From assembly GCA_964035545.1 (NCBI GenBank), contig OZ037771.1, positions 7,287,190 to 7,351,189 of the forward strand: a DNA stretch of 64,000 nucleotides, written 5' to 3'. The notes beneath the pieces are model-generated. The model saw nothing but the letters and a program-made list of their open reading frames with translations, was not told the DNA's origin and ran no database searches. The stretch comes from Bugula neritina. Lineage: Eukaryota; Animalia; Bryozoa. Made by a program: the position numbers and the translations under genes. Shown here one piece after another: positions 44,401-58,264 of the stretch; within the stretch, counting starts at the first letter, position 1; each line of letters starts with the position of its first letter.

Positions 44401-47400
44401 TTGAATCTACTAAGTGCTGAATCCTTTATATTAGTGTGTGTGTGCGTGCGTGCGTGCGTGCGTGCGTGCGTGTGTGCGCGCGTGCGTGTGTGCGTGCGTA
44501 CATGCGTGCGTGCATGTCTGTGTGCATTTTTTCATGTGTGTGTGTGTGTGTGTGCGCATGGGTGCATCATGTGTGCGTGAGTGTGTGTGTATTTAGGTTT
44601 ATGGTTGCTCTAAATCAGATTCTAATAATATATTATTTTTTACAGTTATGCTCGTAGATTAGATAAAGGTGTAATAAAATCATATTATACTCTCATTGTA
44701 TTGTGAATATCAAAGAGTTGTTTTACAAGTGAAAAAAATATAGTTTTATAACAACTTTTCATTTGATATATTAAGCAAGTTTTCCAAGAATCGCTTCACT
44801 TTTAGACCCCTCAAAACTGAAAGACATGAAAGTTTTAAACACTCGGAAAAATGAAACAGGTTTCAAGAAAGACACAGCAGCTAAAGTGATTTTACACTTG
44901 GACTATGAGAGAGGTTCTCTTCAAAGAGTCACTTTTACTGTTGATCGAATAAAAAAAGATGGCCCAAGGGCTTTTGTTGCATACTTTGAAACTGAAATAG
45001 GTGCGCCGTGTTACATATTTTTAAACCAGCATGCTGTGTTTCAAGAATAACAACTTTCTAAAAGTATATATATTACCTATAATTGTAAATATTCTATTTT
45101 TGTGCTTTATCTAAAACCTATATCATGTTTGATGCGCAATCACAAAAAAGATCCCCTGAAGCAGTTTAAGCAACTGCAGTATTTGTAAATAATGGTTACT
45201 GCTAAATAAGTCAAGAACTAAAATCAAAAATATGATATGGTTTTGAAACAGCTGTATTGATAGAATCTATCATGTCTTATTCTACTGTATTTTTGTGTTT
45301 TTATATTGTTTTATATCACACGGAAGATTCTGATCAATGTATAACTACCATATTATCTTTGGTAGGGTAACACAACACATCTGTTTTATTTCAATTGTCT
45401 TACAAGGCTACTATATAGTTAAACTAATACTACTTTAAATTAATTTTAGACTAACCAAGTTTGAAACAAGCATTTGCTTGTCTTTAGTTTTATTCAAATT
45501 GGCTAACAAACCAAACTGGTTTTTGATAGTTTATTTTTTATTACTCTATGTATAGATATAAATCTTTGTGTGTGATAGAAAACGTAAATTGTAACTTTAC
45601 AAATGCATCGAAATTAAAATATGCGAAATTCTACAATAAAAAGTTGGATAAATCTGAAATTGTAATATTATCAACAGCGATTTCTGATAAAACAAGACCT
45701 TAAAATGTTATGCATGTTTGTCTATATTTAGAGAGCTCTTCCGAAATGGCCACAGCTATTTTCAACTTTCCTGGCAGACATCCAATTCCTGGAGCTCTTT
45801 ACAGCTTTAAAGCTACCCCAGTTGGAGTTGGAAATCTAATGGCACCATTCACAGAAGCTGCTGTGAGCATCCGTAAGTGTCATTAATAAAATAAAACTTT
45901 TTTTGAGTTTATTTGCTATTTTAATTTCTATATAGAGTACAGCCAGCATTTTGCTTCTGCACTGTTAGGCTGTGTATATTATAGATCAAGAACTTACAAA
46001 CAGAGAAGCTGGTTTAACTGTCGTTTACTTATTTTTATGCATGCTAGCAAAACTGTACGGTATAAAATAATAGTTAATAAAGTGATATGCATAAATATTG
46101 GTAGATATATAAGTGATAATCAAGAACATCTGTGTGCAAGAAGACAAGGTTTTGGTCTTTACTATAAAAGCAGTAGTTGAGATAGCATAATATAAAGTAA
46201 CTTTAAAGTAACTTTTGAGGACAACAAGCATATATATTAACTATCATCTGAAAAGGAAAGTTTTTTCGCCATAAAAATGGGTGAATGCAAATGCAATACT
46301 TTTCTATAGACAATTAAGTCTAAGCTTTTGTTATAAAGTTCATTAATATTGTGTATGTTGTTTAGTTTTAGAACAAATCATTTGTGAGCTACTATATTTA
46401 ACTTACTAAAATTTGAAATATTTAATTATTTGTCACTTATTTAGTTTCTTGTTGCAAGTATATATCCATAATTATATGATTATATAAAGCGTAAACAATA
46501 TAAAAAGTGTTAACAACTTTTTTATTTATAAGCATTTTATAGCTTCAATCAATTGTTTTGAAGGTTTTTTAGTTTTTTATGTTAACCTACTATCATTTTT
46601 TTGTAGATCCACAAGCACCAAAAGACTTCAAGGTAGTATCAAGTCCCGTATCACCATTGAAAACACTCAGCTGGTCTTTCCAAGATGATGGTGAAATAGA
46701 TGCAGTAGTTGTCTACATATGTTATAAAACTAAGTTAACAGACTGCGTGTATGAAAGAACCATCACAGGAGATGGTGGGAAATTTCCTTCTAATTTTACT
46801 GTACAAACTCATTTAGAACCTGCAACATATGTTGCTTATGCAATAAGCCAATCAGGCGGCTTAAACAGCTCTAAGACCAACATGGCAGAATTTCAATCGG
46901 GTATGTTGAAAACCGCGCAAGGTCATTTGTCTCTATTATATTTAATTAATTGCTAAATAAAAATAACCATTTAAATAGAATAAAAAATTTGGCTTCTACG
47001 ACATAAAATTGTTAAAACAATTGCGCAGCTCTCTAAGCAACAACATCTTCATGAAGAACTTATTAATATTTTAGTACTTTGCATAACTTAGTTTTTTTAA
47101 GTTGTAGATATTATTAGGAAGGTTTCACGCTCACATAAAATTTTAATTTTTTTACAGCACATAATCCATTTCTTTACAACTCATTTTAAATAGAATCCCT
47201 TAAAAATCTCACCCTTAAGACTGACTCATCGTTATTAAATGACTCACCCTTATTAAATGAGTAATCTTAGCTTTACTGAATCATCTTTGATGACTCGTGT
47301 TTATATAATTCATTTCAATATGACTTATATCCAAGCGATTCATTGTTGAATCAAAATTATTGCATTATGTCTTATTAAAGATGCTTTATAATATAAAGTT

Positions 47401-49431
47401 AGTATAACATTATTATATAGAGCCTTACTGCCAAATTCCTGATGGATTTGTTGGAGCAATACTGAATTCTAAAAATATATCCCAGTACTATTTCAAACCG
47501 GGAGATAAATATAACATATTGTGTAATGATGGCTACAAGTTGTCACCTAAAAGAAAACAAAATAATAAAGGAGATTTAAGATGGGAATGCATGAGTAATG
47601 GAGAGTGGAAGCAAGCATCCCGCTGCGTTGGTATGCATTACTCATCACCCATAATTTAGCTAAACATCAGCATTAGTGATTAATAATTATAAATAACAAC
47701 TTTACTATGTTGAATTTTTCTATTTCAAGTATTTTCAAAATTCAACTTCAATCAATTATTTAAAAGAACTTTTTTATCAATCATATGAATTGACTTATTA
47801 GGTTTGACTTTGATTTTAACTCACTTAGAGTTAACAACAACATATGGTTCTTGTTATATAACTTGCGTATGTTTTAGGGGCTAATAACACTAAAACATTG
47901 ATTGCTGCCAGTGCAACAGTTATGGGTTCAATTCTGTTCTTTGGAATCTTATCTGGAGTATATTTCTTGTGAGTACAGTATAGGTTTATACTAAACAGCA
48001 CTGATTGTACAAATACTATAATGGTATTTCTAAAATCTAAAGCAATATAACTAAATACATTATATACCATTTATTCTTTGAAAAATAATTTCTTTTTAAA
48101 ATCTTAGTTTCAATTTATCAAATGCTGTTAGAATACATTTACTTAAAAATTGCAAACATATCTTTAAAACTATAATTAATGTTTATTTCATATTACTATA
48201 ATTTGTGCTTTTTGGAAACTGTGTTTTCAAATATTATGTTAGTGTAGTATTTGGTAATTAAATTATATGCACAGCAAGTTTTTAAAGCAATCCATTCTAC
48301 TATAAAGCCTCAAAATAATTCATTTTATGGCATGGCAAATTTTATGTCAACATAAAAATTATAAACTTCTTTATAGAGTACAGCAGTTTCATAACTATGA
48401 TAGAAGAAACAAAAACTTAAAAATGGTTATACTGCATAAAACAATAACCATATTTAGAAAAAGTAGAGGGAGCAGCCGTGGTCTAGGGGTTAGAACGTTC
48501 GCTTTGTGAACACGAAGTTGTGGGTTCAAACCCCGACAAAGGCCATTGGTGATGTTAGGAAGAGCATCCAGTCATAATTGCTCCTGCGCCTCATTTGAAC
48601 AAGTCCTTAGCTCGTTCTAACAAAAACCCTTTCTATCAGGGGTTTCTCACAGGGATAGCGACTTTAAATTTGCATGGGTTTATATTTAGAAAAAGTAGCA
48701 TTTAGAATTTTTAAGCACAGAAAAAAAAACTGACAACAGCTAATATAATTAGAATGTGTTTGAATGATATATTTTTATTTTGCAGTTTTGTCTCCAAAAA
48801 TACTAAAACCCCTAAAACACACGTAAAGAGGCATAAGTCAACACCTAAAAGTTTTGAAGCGCCAATACTTTCACCGGAAAAACTAGTCAATAAACCTGCC
48901 CCTTCAAACATGTACTCGAAAGCACCAGTTAGCTACGATATAATTGCTAATAGTCCTAATGCAACTTTAAAAAAACACGACCAGCAAACACCGGCTGCGT
49001 CGCGTACTCGAGTGCCAAGTTATGGTTTCAGATCTTTTGACAAAGGTAACCCTTTAAGTTCACGCTATCAAATACAGAATTACAACACAGGACCACAAGA
49101 ACAACGTGCTTCTTTGAACTCACAGGCTCAAATGATGAATTATAATACAGGATCACGAGAGCAACGTACTTCCTATAACTCACACGCTCAAATACTGACT
49201 CATCATGCAAGGTCAAAAAGCAAGCCGGCCTCTTTCAGCTCTCAAGGACATCTCATGAATTCTACTACAGTGTCAAATGACAACCAGACTTCCCCAAGTT
49301 CTCTAGTCCAAATGATGAACTTTCACGGAAGGTCATACGATAAACCTATTCAATTAAATTCACATAATAATTCACACATTATTGTTCCTTCAAACTCATA
49401 TGCTCAGATAAACAAAACTCATGACAATTAA
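40899..49431 (+). CDS. Receptor paralog E: SP - 1x Sushi - 4x FN3-like - Sushi - TM - long tail with ITIM-consensus motif, about 812 aa, 11 exons
   Basis: Exons 40899-40977 ([28 protein letters not shown]), 41731-41937, 42738-43031, 43375-43526, 44240-44369, 44806-45000, 45732-45872, 46607-46900, 47421-47630, 47878-47968 (TM), 48786-49431. Total 2439 nt, in phase, all GT-AG. Confidence 0.87.
41397..41638. repeat. (CA)n / (CGCA)n microsatellite
   Basis: Directly visible; source of six spurious ORFs. Confidence 0.95.
43832..43965. repeat. About 42-bp minisatellite, three copies
   Basis: Unit CCATACCCATATTTCTC(T)nATGTTCATTATTCAGTC. Confidence 0.85.
44434..44590. repeat. (GT)n / (GCGT)n microsatellite
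   Basis: Directly visible. Confidence 0.9.
48467..48681 (+). mobile_element. tRNA-derived SINE, full length
   Basis: A-box-like GTGGTCTAGGGG, B-box-like GGTTCAAACCC; perfect 17-bp TSD ATATTTAGAAAAAGTAG (48450-48466 and 48682-48698). Confidence 0.9.
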
Positions 49432-50081
49432 ACCTATCACAAGAGAATGCAAAAATTTGAAGCAAAGCATGAGAGATGATAAATTTTTAAAAAAAAGTCT
49501 GTAGAATTCAAAGGCTAAAATACCAAAAATTTAAAATATCAAATTATTATTGAAACGTTTTAACTAAATATTTTAGCTTTTGAGTAATTATTTACTATTA
49601 AACTTTAAAAAAATAGTAACACTGATTATTGCAATTTATTAGTTCAATTGTTGCTTAATTTCTTCACTTTTTAGGATTTCAAATGCTGAAAAGTTTTTAA
49701 ATGCTTGTTCTAATTACTACATGAAAGCATTTGTTTTTACCATAAATACAGACTGTTGATGAATTAAAACTTTGTTATATAATGTGAGCAAGAAACGAGC
49801 TTGTTTAAAAAATCTATTCATAAACATCAATTGGTGAATTGCCATAATACCATTCGTGACATGTATTCACATGTGTTCACATATGTGTGTGTGTTCGTGT
49901 CCGTGTGCGTGTTACATGCTATGTAGTGTAAGACATTATTATTGTTTTAGGTAATATAAACTTCATGTAAACTTTAGTTGAAATGTGTATGAATTTTACA
50001 CAGGTTTTATTGCATAAAATACATAAGTAGATGAAAAAAGATTTTTGCAAATGTTTTGAATACTAGCAGACCTTGCTTATA

Positions 50082-50329
50082 CTAATAATTGTATTGGTCC
50101 ATATGCATGTTCATTGTGGATTGAATATTTTGTGTGCTAGATAAATACATATTATATGGATCGTTTGGTAGAATGCTAGGCTCAGTTTGAAGTGGCATAA
50201 CACTATGATTGGGCAGCTCTGGTATCTCTAACTTAAGAGGTTTCTTGTGCATCCTCCTGCGTTTTCTGTTAATGCTGCTCACTTGACATCTGAAACAGAA
50301 TAATTTTAGTATATATACGAGCTCATTAC

Positions 50330-50423
<94 letters not shown>

Positions 50424-53400
50424 ATTTATATATAGCAAATATGGTTACAATTGATTATCAGTAAATGAATTAGTGGATGCAAGTAATATAATCATTGCCT
50501 TTTTATTTGATGAGTTTTTTCATAATACCTCCAAATTAATCTGCACAGTAGAACAATTCATTTCGTTGAATCTCTAATTACGCTAAGTTTTTAATAATCT
50601 TTCTCAAAATATCTTGCAAATTTTCGACTTCATTATTTCTCTTAATTAAAATAAACTTTGTTTTTATGTAGCAAATATTATTTATATAACAGCTTTATGA
50701 CTTGAGGTTGTGTAAATTTTTTATGATCATTAAAATAAATAAATCTGTTATTTTTAAATCACTAAAGCAGAAATCTCAGATTTTGCTCTGTAATATATAG
50801 CATCAAATCGACAAATCTTGAAACAATTTTCTTACTGTTTTTTTTAACTTTTTTATTTACAGCACTTTGAGGAAAGATTTTATTCTACGAAAGATACTTT
50901 TATTTGTTACTTACCTGTACACCGCAAAAACAAGTATGGCCACTGATATCATACTACCTAACACCGCTCCTATATAGTATAGCAGGGTTGCATTTACCTC
51001 TCCTGTTATAAAACATATTGATTCTGTTCATGCCATGCAGATATGTTTTCCTCAAATATAGTAAAGGTATAGGAATTTATACCATAGTGGAAATATAAGT
51101 TGATAATCAGGGCTTTATCCATTCATTTTTTACTTTTGTTAGTAGCATTTATCTCCGTTGGAATTGTGCTCTCTTTTGTTTATCATTTATGTGGAAATGC
51201 TGTTTTTCACAGAGGCATCAGAGCAGAGTTTTACTTTTTTTACAAGAAGTCCTTTTAGAATTTGCTCAGAAAATAATTGGACTGAAATTTTCAAGCTAAA
51301 CATTATATTACTTCCAAATATGTTAACTCTAATTTAAAAAATATTTTTAAGTTGATTAAATGGTTAGCATATTGGTATACAATTTTTAAAATGTTCCAAC
51401 TGATGGAGCTTTTCAATGTATGTATATATGTTTATTGCCCAAGTGTTATATATTATAATTATAAATATTGGGTAAAATATTATTTTTAGTTAGATTAGTA
51501 AATATATCTGCAGTTATATTTCTGGCACTGTCACGTTACTACTTCATTACTACCCATAAAGTTTGGTGTTTAAGTTTGTAATTATTAGCATTATTTTAAT
51601 ATTGGCACTTTAATTTTATAAAAGAAAATGTTGATATTTTGCTATAATATTTCATATAACCTACTGCCTAACTAAATCATTATATTGTTGTGTATTTTTG
51701 TTTAAATTATAGTTTCTTAGCCATAATAAATAAATAGGTTTTTTCAAATTTGATAAAATATTAGAATTACCTTTGCACACAGATCTGCGGGTCCACTTTC
51801 CATTAGAACATTCCCATGTTGGGTCTTTGTTGTTAGTAGTAGTTGACAAGGTGTATCCCTGGTTGCATACAATCGTGTAGCTTGCTTTAGGCTTAAAGTA
51901 GTAGCGAGAAATGTTGGCAGCACCTATTATTTGACCATTCACGTTGTCCGGGTGTTCGCAAAAAGGCTCTAAGCATAAACAAATTAATAGGCTGCAGCGA
52001 TAAAGTTAAAAATTACTTTTTTTATTAATAAGCTTGTTATAATCAAATTTAGGCTTATGAACGCAAGTTTTAAAAAATGTTATTCTTGACAAAAGGCAAA
52101 TACAGCCAAAATATTTTTACAGTTTTAAACTTTTGTGTTTTCAAGCAAAGCTTTTATAATTATTTTTTCTACTTATGTACAGATATCAAAGAACTTACCA
52201 ATGTCAAACTCTACTACGTCACTTTTGGAGCTCTTTGTACCACTTGATTCGGCGATTGCATAAGCCATGTAAAGACCTTTTGGGTACTCAGACTTTATTG
52301 TGACCTGAGCTTCCATTAAACCAGATGGTTTTGGAAACTCTTTTTTAGAAACGCAATTGTCAGATTGTCTTTTGGAACATAGATAAAAAATGACTTTATC
52401 TTGATTACTGTCTGATGGGATTGACCAGCTAAACTGCTTTAGAATTGACTCTGGATCAGAGACTAAATCGAAATCTTCTGGAGGTTTCGGAGCTAAAAAT
52501 TAATAAACCAAAATCGAAATGTTGGCCTATAGGTGTGCTTGCATGCCTTCGAGTTTGTGTGTTTAAAAATCTGTTTGCTATTTTTATAATATTTTAATTG
52601 AAAAAATTTTAAATAAAAATATTTCAAATACATACGAATTTTTACAGTACGGGTAATCGATGGTGAGGTTAGATTTTTTGCACCGTATGTTTGGGCTTCA
52701 AACTCATAGGTACCTCCTGGTCTCGGGTGACCACTTCTAAGCACTATCTTGGTACGAAAGCCATTATAAGTACTATCTGAAAAACAGTTCTGCTTGTAAT
52801 ATTATTCCTGATTACATCTTTTATTGTGTTAGTCAACACAAAATATATGTAGCATCTACACTTCTATTCCTATGCCCTTACCTGGTTGTATTATCTATAT
52901 TGGTAATTGTGTCAACTAAAGAGATAGGCTGACCAGTTGAGTAGAAACCTAAGATATACATTAAAACTAATTCTAATGCTAACAACGAGATAAAAAAACT
53001 GCTTCTTAGACGCTAATAATTACTCAACTAAATTATAGCATAGTCTACGAGATTGACTTTTACTAACGTAGTCAAGGTCAAGTTGATGCAATTAACAATT
53101 TTTTAAACAATTACTATAATTTAACTTTAGGTGCCCTGATAAATTAACAAAAAGAGTAAACTTTTTAGTATTATTGCTAAAAATACATGTTTCCCTCATG
53201 TTTTAACTTTATATAAATAAATTCTATAAACAGCTAGTAATCTATTTGGAGCTATATGTAATTCTTTAGCATTGGTGTAAGCAGAGAAAATTTTCCAATG
53301 TTCTTGATCAAATCAAAATGCAGCAAAGCTAATTTAGTTCAGTTCATTTAGAAATTTAGCTCATCATCTATACTGACGTGAAAGCAATTGTAATTTTGTT

Positions 53401-56400
53401 CAAGCTTTTATAAATATAGAAATCATTTTAAGAAATGTCTGCTACATAGTGGCTTATGTTTAAAATAAAACAATTGTCATTGAAACTAGCATATTCGTTT
53501 TATATGCCTGCATTTACCAGTCTATTAAGTTTAACTATATAAATAATTTTGCAAAAATCATATTTGCAAACTTTTATTTTTCACTAAACTTTTTTTAAAA
53601 ACTTTTTATGTTATAGTGAGCACGCTTTTGCAGTTTTAGTGGTAAACTATAATAGTGTGTAGTTCGGCTGCACGCTTTCAAAAAAGGCAATATTTTCTAC
53701 TTGTATTTTCTAAGCTTATAAAATAGTTTTTTGTTAAAAAGGTAAATATACTAGCAACTGACGCAGTTAGTGATGTAATTATATGAGCTGAATAACAATA
53801 TGTCTGTAGTTTCATTCGCATACTTGTGTGCTTTGTATGTTCAAAAGCCAATATTCTTTTGGATTCCGACACTTGATAGCCTTTCATAGACACTGCTAAA
53901 ACTTCTCCTTGCGAGTTTATTGTTGCTTTTGCCACAAACATTGTGTTTGCAATGAATTTTGTATTGTTTACTCGAACGTAGTCCACTTGAAACGTTGCCA
54001 GCTGTGAAGGATCTTTCAAATAAAAGTATCACAATTGATATACATTTTATTAATATTATTTACACTTTTTTGCCATAAATGGTCTATCTAATAAAAACAA
54101 TTAATTATTTTCTATACCAAGCAATTAAATTTCTTATTGAACAATATACTGCATTAGCATGAGCTAATGAAAATTTACTTTCGAAATCAGATTTTTTTAA
54201 TCATTTGTCAAAAAATTGAGTCTATAATGTGATACTTAGGCTGCTGCCAATAAAAGAATAATAAAAAAAAGTTAAAATATCACTACTTGCTGAATTACTA
54301 TTTACTGTGAATTATCTATATTTTGACATAATTTTGTGAAGAACGCTCCCTAAAGTTTTTGATTAGTTAACAGTATTATTCAAACAACTTGTGCATGAAA
54401 CTACTTATAATATATCTACAGTAATTTATAAACATAATATTACTGTTACCCAATTACAGTATACTTTCTTAATGTTTTATAAACACTTTTGTCAAGGTAA
54501 AAATCAAATTCTCAAGCTCAAGTCTAACTGCACCAACCTGTCTGAAATAAGAAGCTCTGTTTATAATAAAAATTTAAAAAATATAAAAAAGTTTTAATCA
54601 CGAAACAATTTAAGTTTTGTTTTGTTAAGATACTTACATGTATAGAATACATATTTTTCTGATTTAGATTTTAGCTCATAACCTGACGAGTATGTAAACA
54701 CAGTTTTCAAGGAGGCTCGACATCTGATGCCTGTTACGGCATTGTTCAGAACAGTTGTTGTCACTGCAAGCTAAGGTGCAGTAAAATGTAATGCATAAAA
54801 TGTTGAAATTAAAATTTTATAAATTCAAATGATGAACATGCATGCAATATCTACTTATTGTGAGCAACGAAAATACATAAAAATTTTTGACGCCTATAAA
54901 TACAAGAATTGATGGATAATTTTTTTACTTTAAAATTCATTGCACAACATTTGCCAACTTACTTTGAATTTCTATTTTTACATGTGTTAAGTTATCACAA
55001 TTTGATCAAAATATCAATGCATAGTCAGTTTTGCCATGCAATCAAACAACATTTTGTTTTTGTTTGTTTTATTTTCATTTCCATCACAAAATTTAATGAT
55101 AATTAGAAAAAATATGAATTGCTATCCAAAAGGAGGTAATGATGATTCTCATCTATTTGCTAATAGTAAAACTTGTAGAGGTGCAGGTAAAAATGGTCGG
55201 CATGACTACGGTTAGTTTACTTTTGTTCAATATTAAGGAGTATGCCATAATTTTAATTTTAAAACATTCTTGTGGCATTGTTCCATCTAGGTTATAGTGA
55301 AGACATAGTTTTTACAAAAAACTGTCAATAACTATTGGTTTTAGTTTAAGGCAAATGTAATTATTTTAAATATAAGATAGCAAGAAATTTTTCATAATTT
55401 TACAACATAAGAAAGAGTGGGAAAAAACTAGAATATGACTTACTACTGTCGTTCTCTCAGTACCACAGCATTTACACACAAACTCAAAATGTGTATATTC
55501 AGACTGGGGAAAATTAAACTCTACTGTAAATTTTTTCTCATTTGGATATTCCATTGGAATTATCTTAAAGTTCTCAGGTGGAAGGGGATCTAGAATATAT
55601 AAAAAAATCCTTAAATAATGTAATCATAATTAATAATAGCAACAAAAACTGTAACTATAATTTCTCTGAGTCTTTTGATACAATGCTCTATTGAATAATA
55701 TATTATTATGTTGAGTGAGAATATGTAGATCAATGATTGGCATCATATCTCAATATCCATCTATCTATATTTTAAACATTTTGAAGTTTTTTTTAATCTG
55801 TTTATGCTAAATTTTTACAAATTAAGATTTTAATAAACTTTATAAAGTTTCAACACAGTTATACTATAGCTTTATGTTAATAATAATTATAATACTATTA
55901 TTACAAATGCAAAATTACAGTATTTTAATTACTATAATTATTATAGTGTTCCAGTAGCTTTAGTATGCTAAGTACTTTAACAGTATTGCATAAATCTATA
56001 GCCACTTACCTTTAGTTACGTTTCTGGCTTCACTCTGTATACTGGTCACGTTATTTGGTTTTACATGATGCAAAACAAATTGGTAGACCCCAACTCCGGT
56101 ATCATTAAATGAGTAAGTGTTTGCTCTTGGAAATATGTCTGTCTCTATCTGCTTGCACTGCGGTTTTGGTTGGAAAACCTTGCAGTAGGTTATTCTAAGT
56201 TTGTCTACATTCTCAGTGACTGGTTCATTAACTCTGTAGTTTATTGAAAATCCACTGCCAGTACTTCTCAACCTTTTAAAGCTGACTGCTGCCACTACAA
56301 TATTTGAGAATAGTATGTTTAAAAACAAAAACAGTACCATGTTGCAAAGTTTTGAAAGGCCAAAGGGGTTCTAGAGAACATGTCGTAGTATTTTATTACC

Positions 56401-57952
56401 CAGTGGTTCTGTGCTGTAATTTGCAGGCTGGTTTGAACCTCATTGTGACGCGGCATTTTAAAATTGCAGACTTTGTAACAAATAGTAATAAGAATAATAA
56501 TATACAAACGGCCACTACAGTGAAAAATAAATCTACACCTCAGTGAAAACTGAGTCTACATCTTCAACAGAAATTGAGGTCTCAAGTCTAAGTGGATATA
56601 GTGTCACGCCTATAAGATGACGGTGGGAGCTTAATGCTGGTGTGGGATAGAGGAAGTCACAACGATTCTCAAGTTATCTAGCCGAGAGAGTTCAGTGATA
56701 GGTCTGTTGACATTGGAGCAGGTGGTAGGACAGAATAATAGAGATTCTACTACTAGATCAACAAGGTAATAGATCCAGCAGGTGACTGGTACTGGGAGGA
56801 TCCCGATACAAAAGAATTCAGCCAAGACTTCAGCAAGTTTACAGACGCTCGTTCTTGTAGAATTTCAGTGCTTGTGATTCTTCTTATCTCAAAGTTGACA
56901 TTAATTCCAGCGTCAATTTAACAAGGCCAGAACTGTCTTGATGCTAGCTTACCTTATCTATGTAAGTTAAAGTACAGTAATAAGTAACAGTAATATGACA
57001 ACGGCTCAAATAAGTGATCTGACACAGAAAATGTACTGTACATGTTTTACCAACTGAAATAGAAGTCTTGTTAGGTTTCTCACGAAAGTCTCGTATAGTT
57101 ATTGATAGGTTCCAAAGGGGAACAAACTGTATAAATTAGATATGAGAAGTTACTGCAGTCAAGAATGCCGCATCAATTACACCAATGATCTAAGGATGTC
57201 CAATCTTCATGGAACAGCTACTGACTTACACCAAGCCATCTTCACACGTCAGTACTGCTACACTAACTTCAACCAACAATAACATTATGCATGTCAGGAA
57301 ACATCATTTAATAGCCATTGGCTAGCCTTGAGTTAAAAAAATCAGAGGTGTTTGGTGGGAGTCTAACAGTCAGCATGGCCTTTTTGTAATTCATGTTAGT
57401 AAAAATAAATAGAAACCCACGTATTACAAATGCATTCATAAATTATTAGTTATACTTAGCTTGTCAAACCTATGTCATTAAACTTAAGCTATGTATTTGT
57501 TTTCCATAGAATTAGCACATTCAGCTGTTTTGAGCTGTTATGTTAGCCAACACATCTTGTAAACTAGCTAGCTATATAAGGCTTTGCAGGCTGCACATGT
57601 GTTGGTTCTAGACTTGGCCTAGCCATGGTAGGCCAAGTGCTAGAGCCATGACCAATGCAGCAGTTTTATAGAACTATAAGTAGAGCCAATCAGGTAGTAC
57701 AGTTATTCTTAATAATTACTATAATATTTTTGCATTTCAAGAGAATATGAAATCTTAACTGTTTGACAATAGCTTGGTGACATATTATACATTTTTGCAT
57801 ATTTTTACTAACATGTTTTATACATTACTATTATAGTTTTCACGTTGCCGTAATTATGGCATCAGTTGAGACTTACGGCTCCAATAAAGTACCATCAACA
57901 TCATAATATACAAATTGCCACTACAGAGATAGTCATGTAAAAATGACACCAT
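50082..57952 (-). CDS. Receptor paralog F: SP - no N-terminal Sushi - 4x FN3-like - Sushi - TM - short basic tail, about 585 aa, 10 exons
   Basis: Exons 57952-57877 ([27 protein letters not shown]; least certain), 56294-56010, 55589-55444, 54770-54638, 54012-53824, 52776-52636, 52492-52199, 51968-51771, 51002-50915 ([25 protein letters not shown]), 50289-50082. Total 1758 nt, in phase. Confidence 0.82.
50331..50434. repeat. (TA)n microsatellite
   Basis: Directly visible. Confidence 0.95.
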
Positions 57953-58166
57953 TCAATGATGAAAACACAAAAATACACCCTCTGTGTCTGATAAAAACAA
58001 ATACTTGGTTTTTGAAAAATATAAATGCAGCAACACCATTTAATGCTTCTATGAAACTTTATGCAATTCATAGAAGCAAAAAAGTTTAATTACTGGCTTA
58101 AATGTGTTTTCTGTGTATAAGCCTCTGTCAGCTGTGTTACACTAACGCAATTTAAAAGACCCTGCA

Positions 58167-58167
<1 letters not shown>

Positions 58168-58262
<95 letters not shown>
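58168..58262. repeat. (CA)n microsatellite
   Basis: Directly visible. Confidence 0.95.

Positions 58263-58264
<2 letters not shown>

Noticed and set aside
56295-57876. Possible missing Sushi exons of gene F, and ORF 56631-56825
   Set aside because: No phase 1-1 exon with a Sushi Cys/Trp pattern found; the GC-richer stretch looks like a decayed transposon that I cannot classify.
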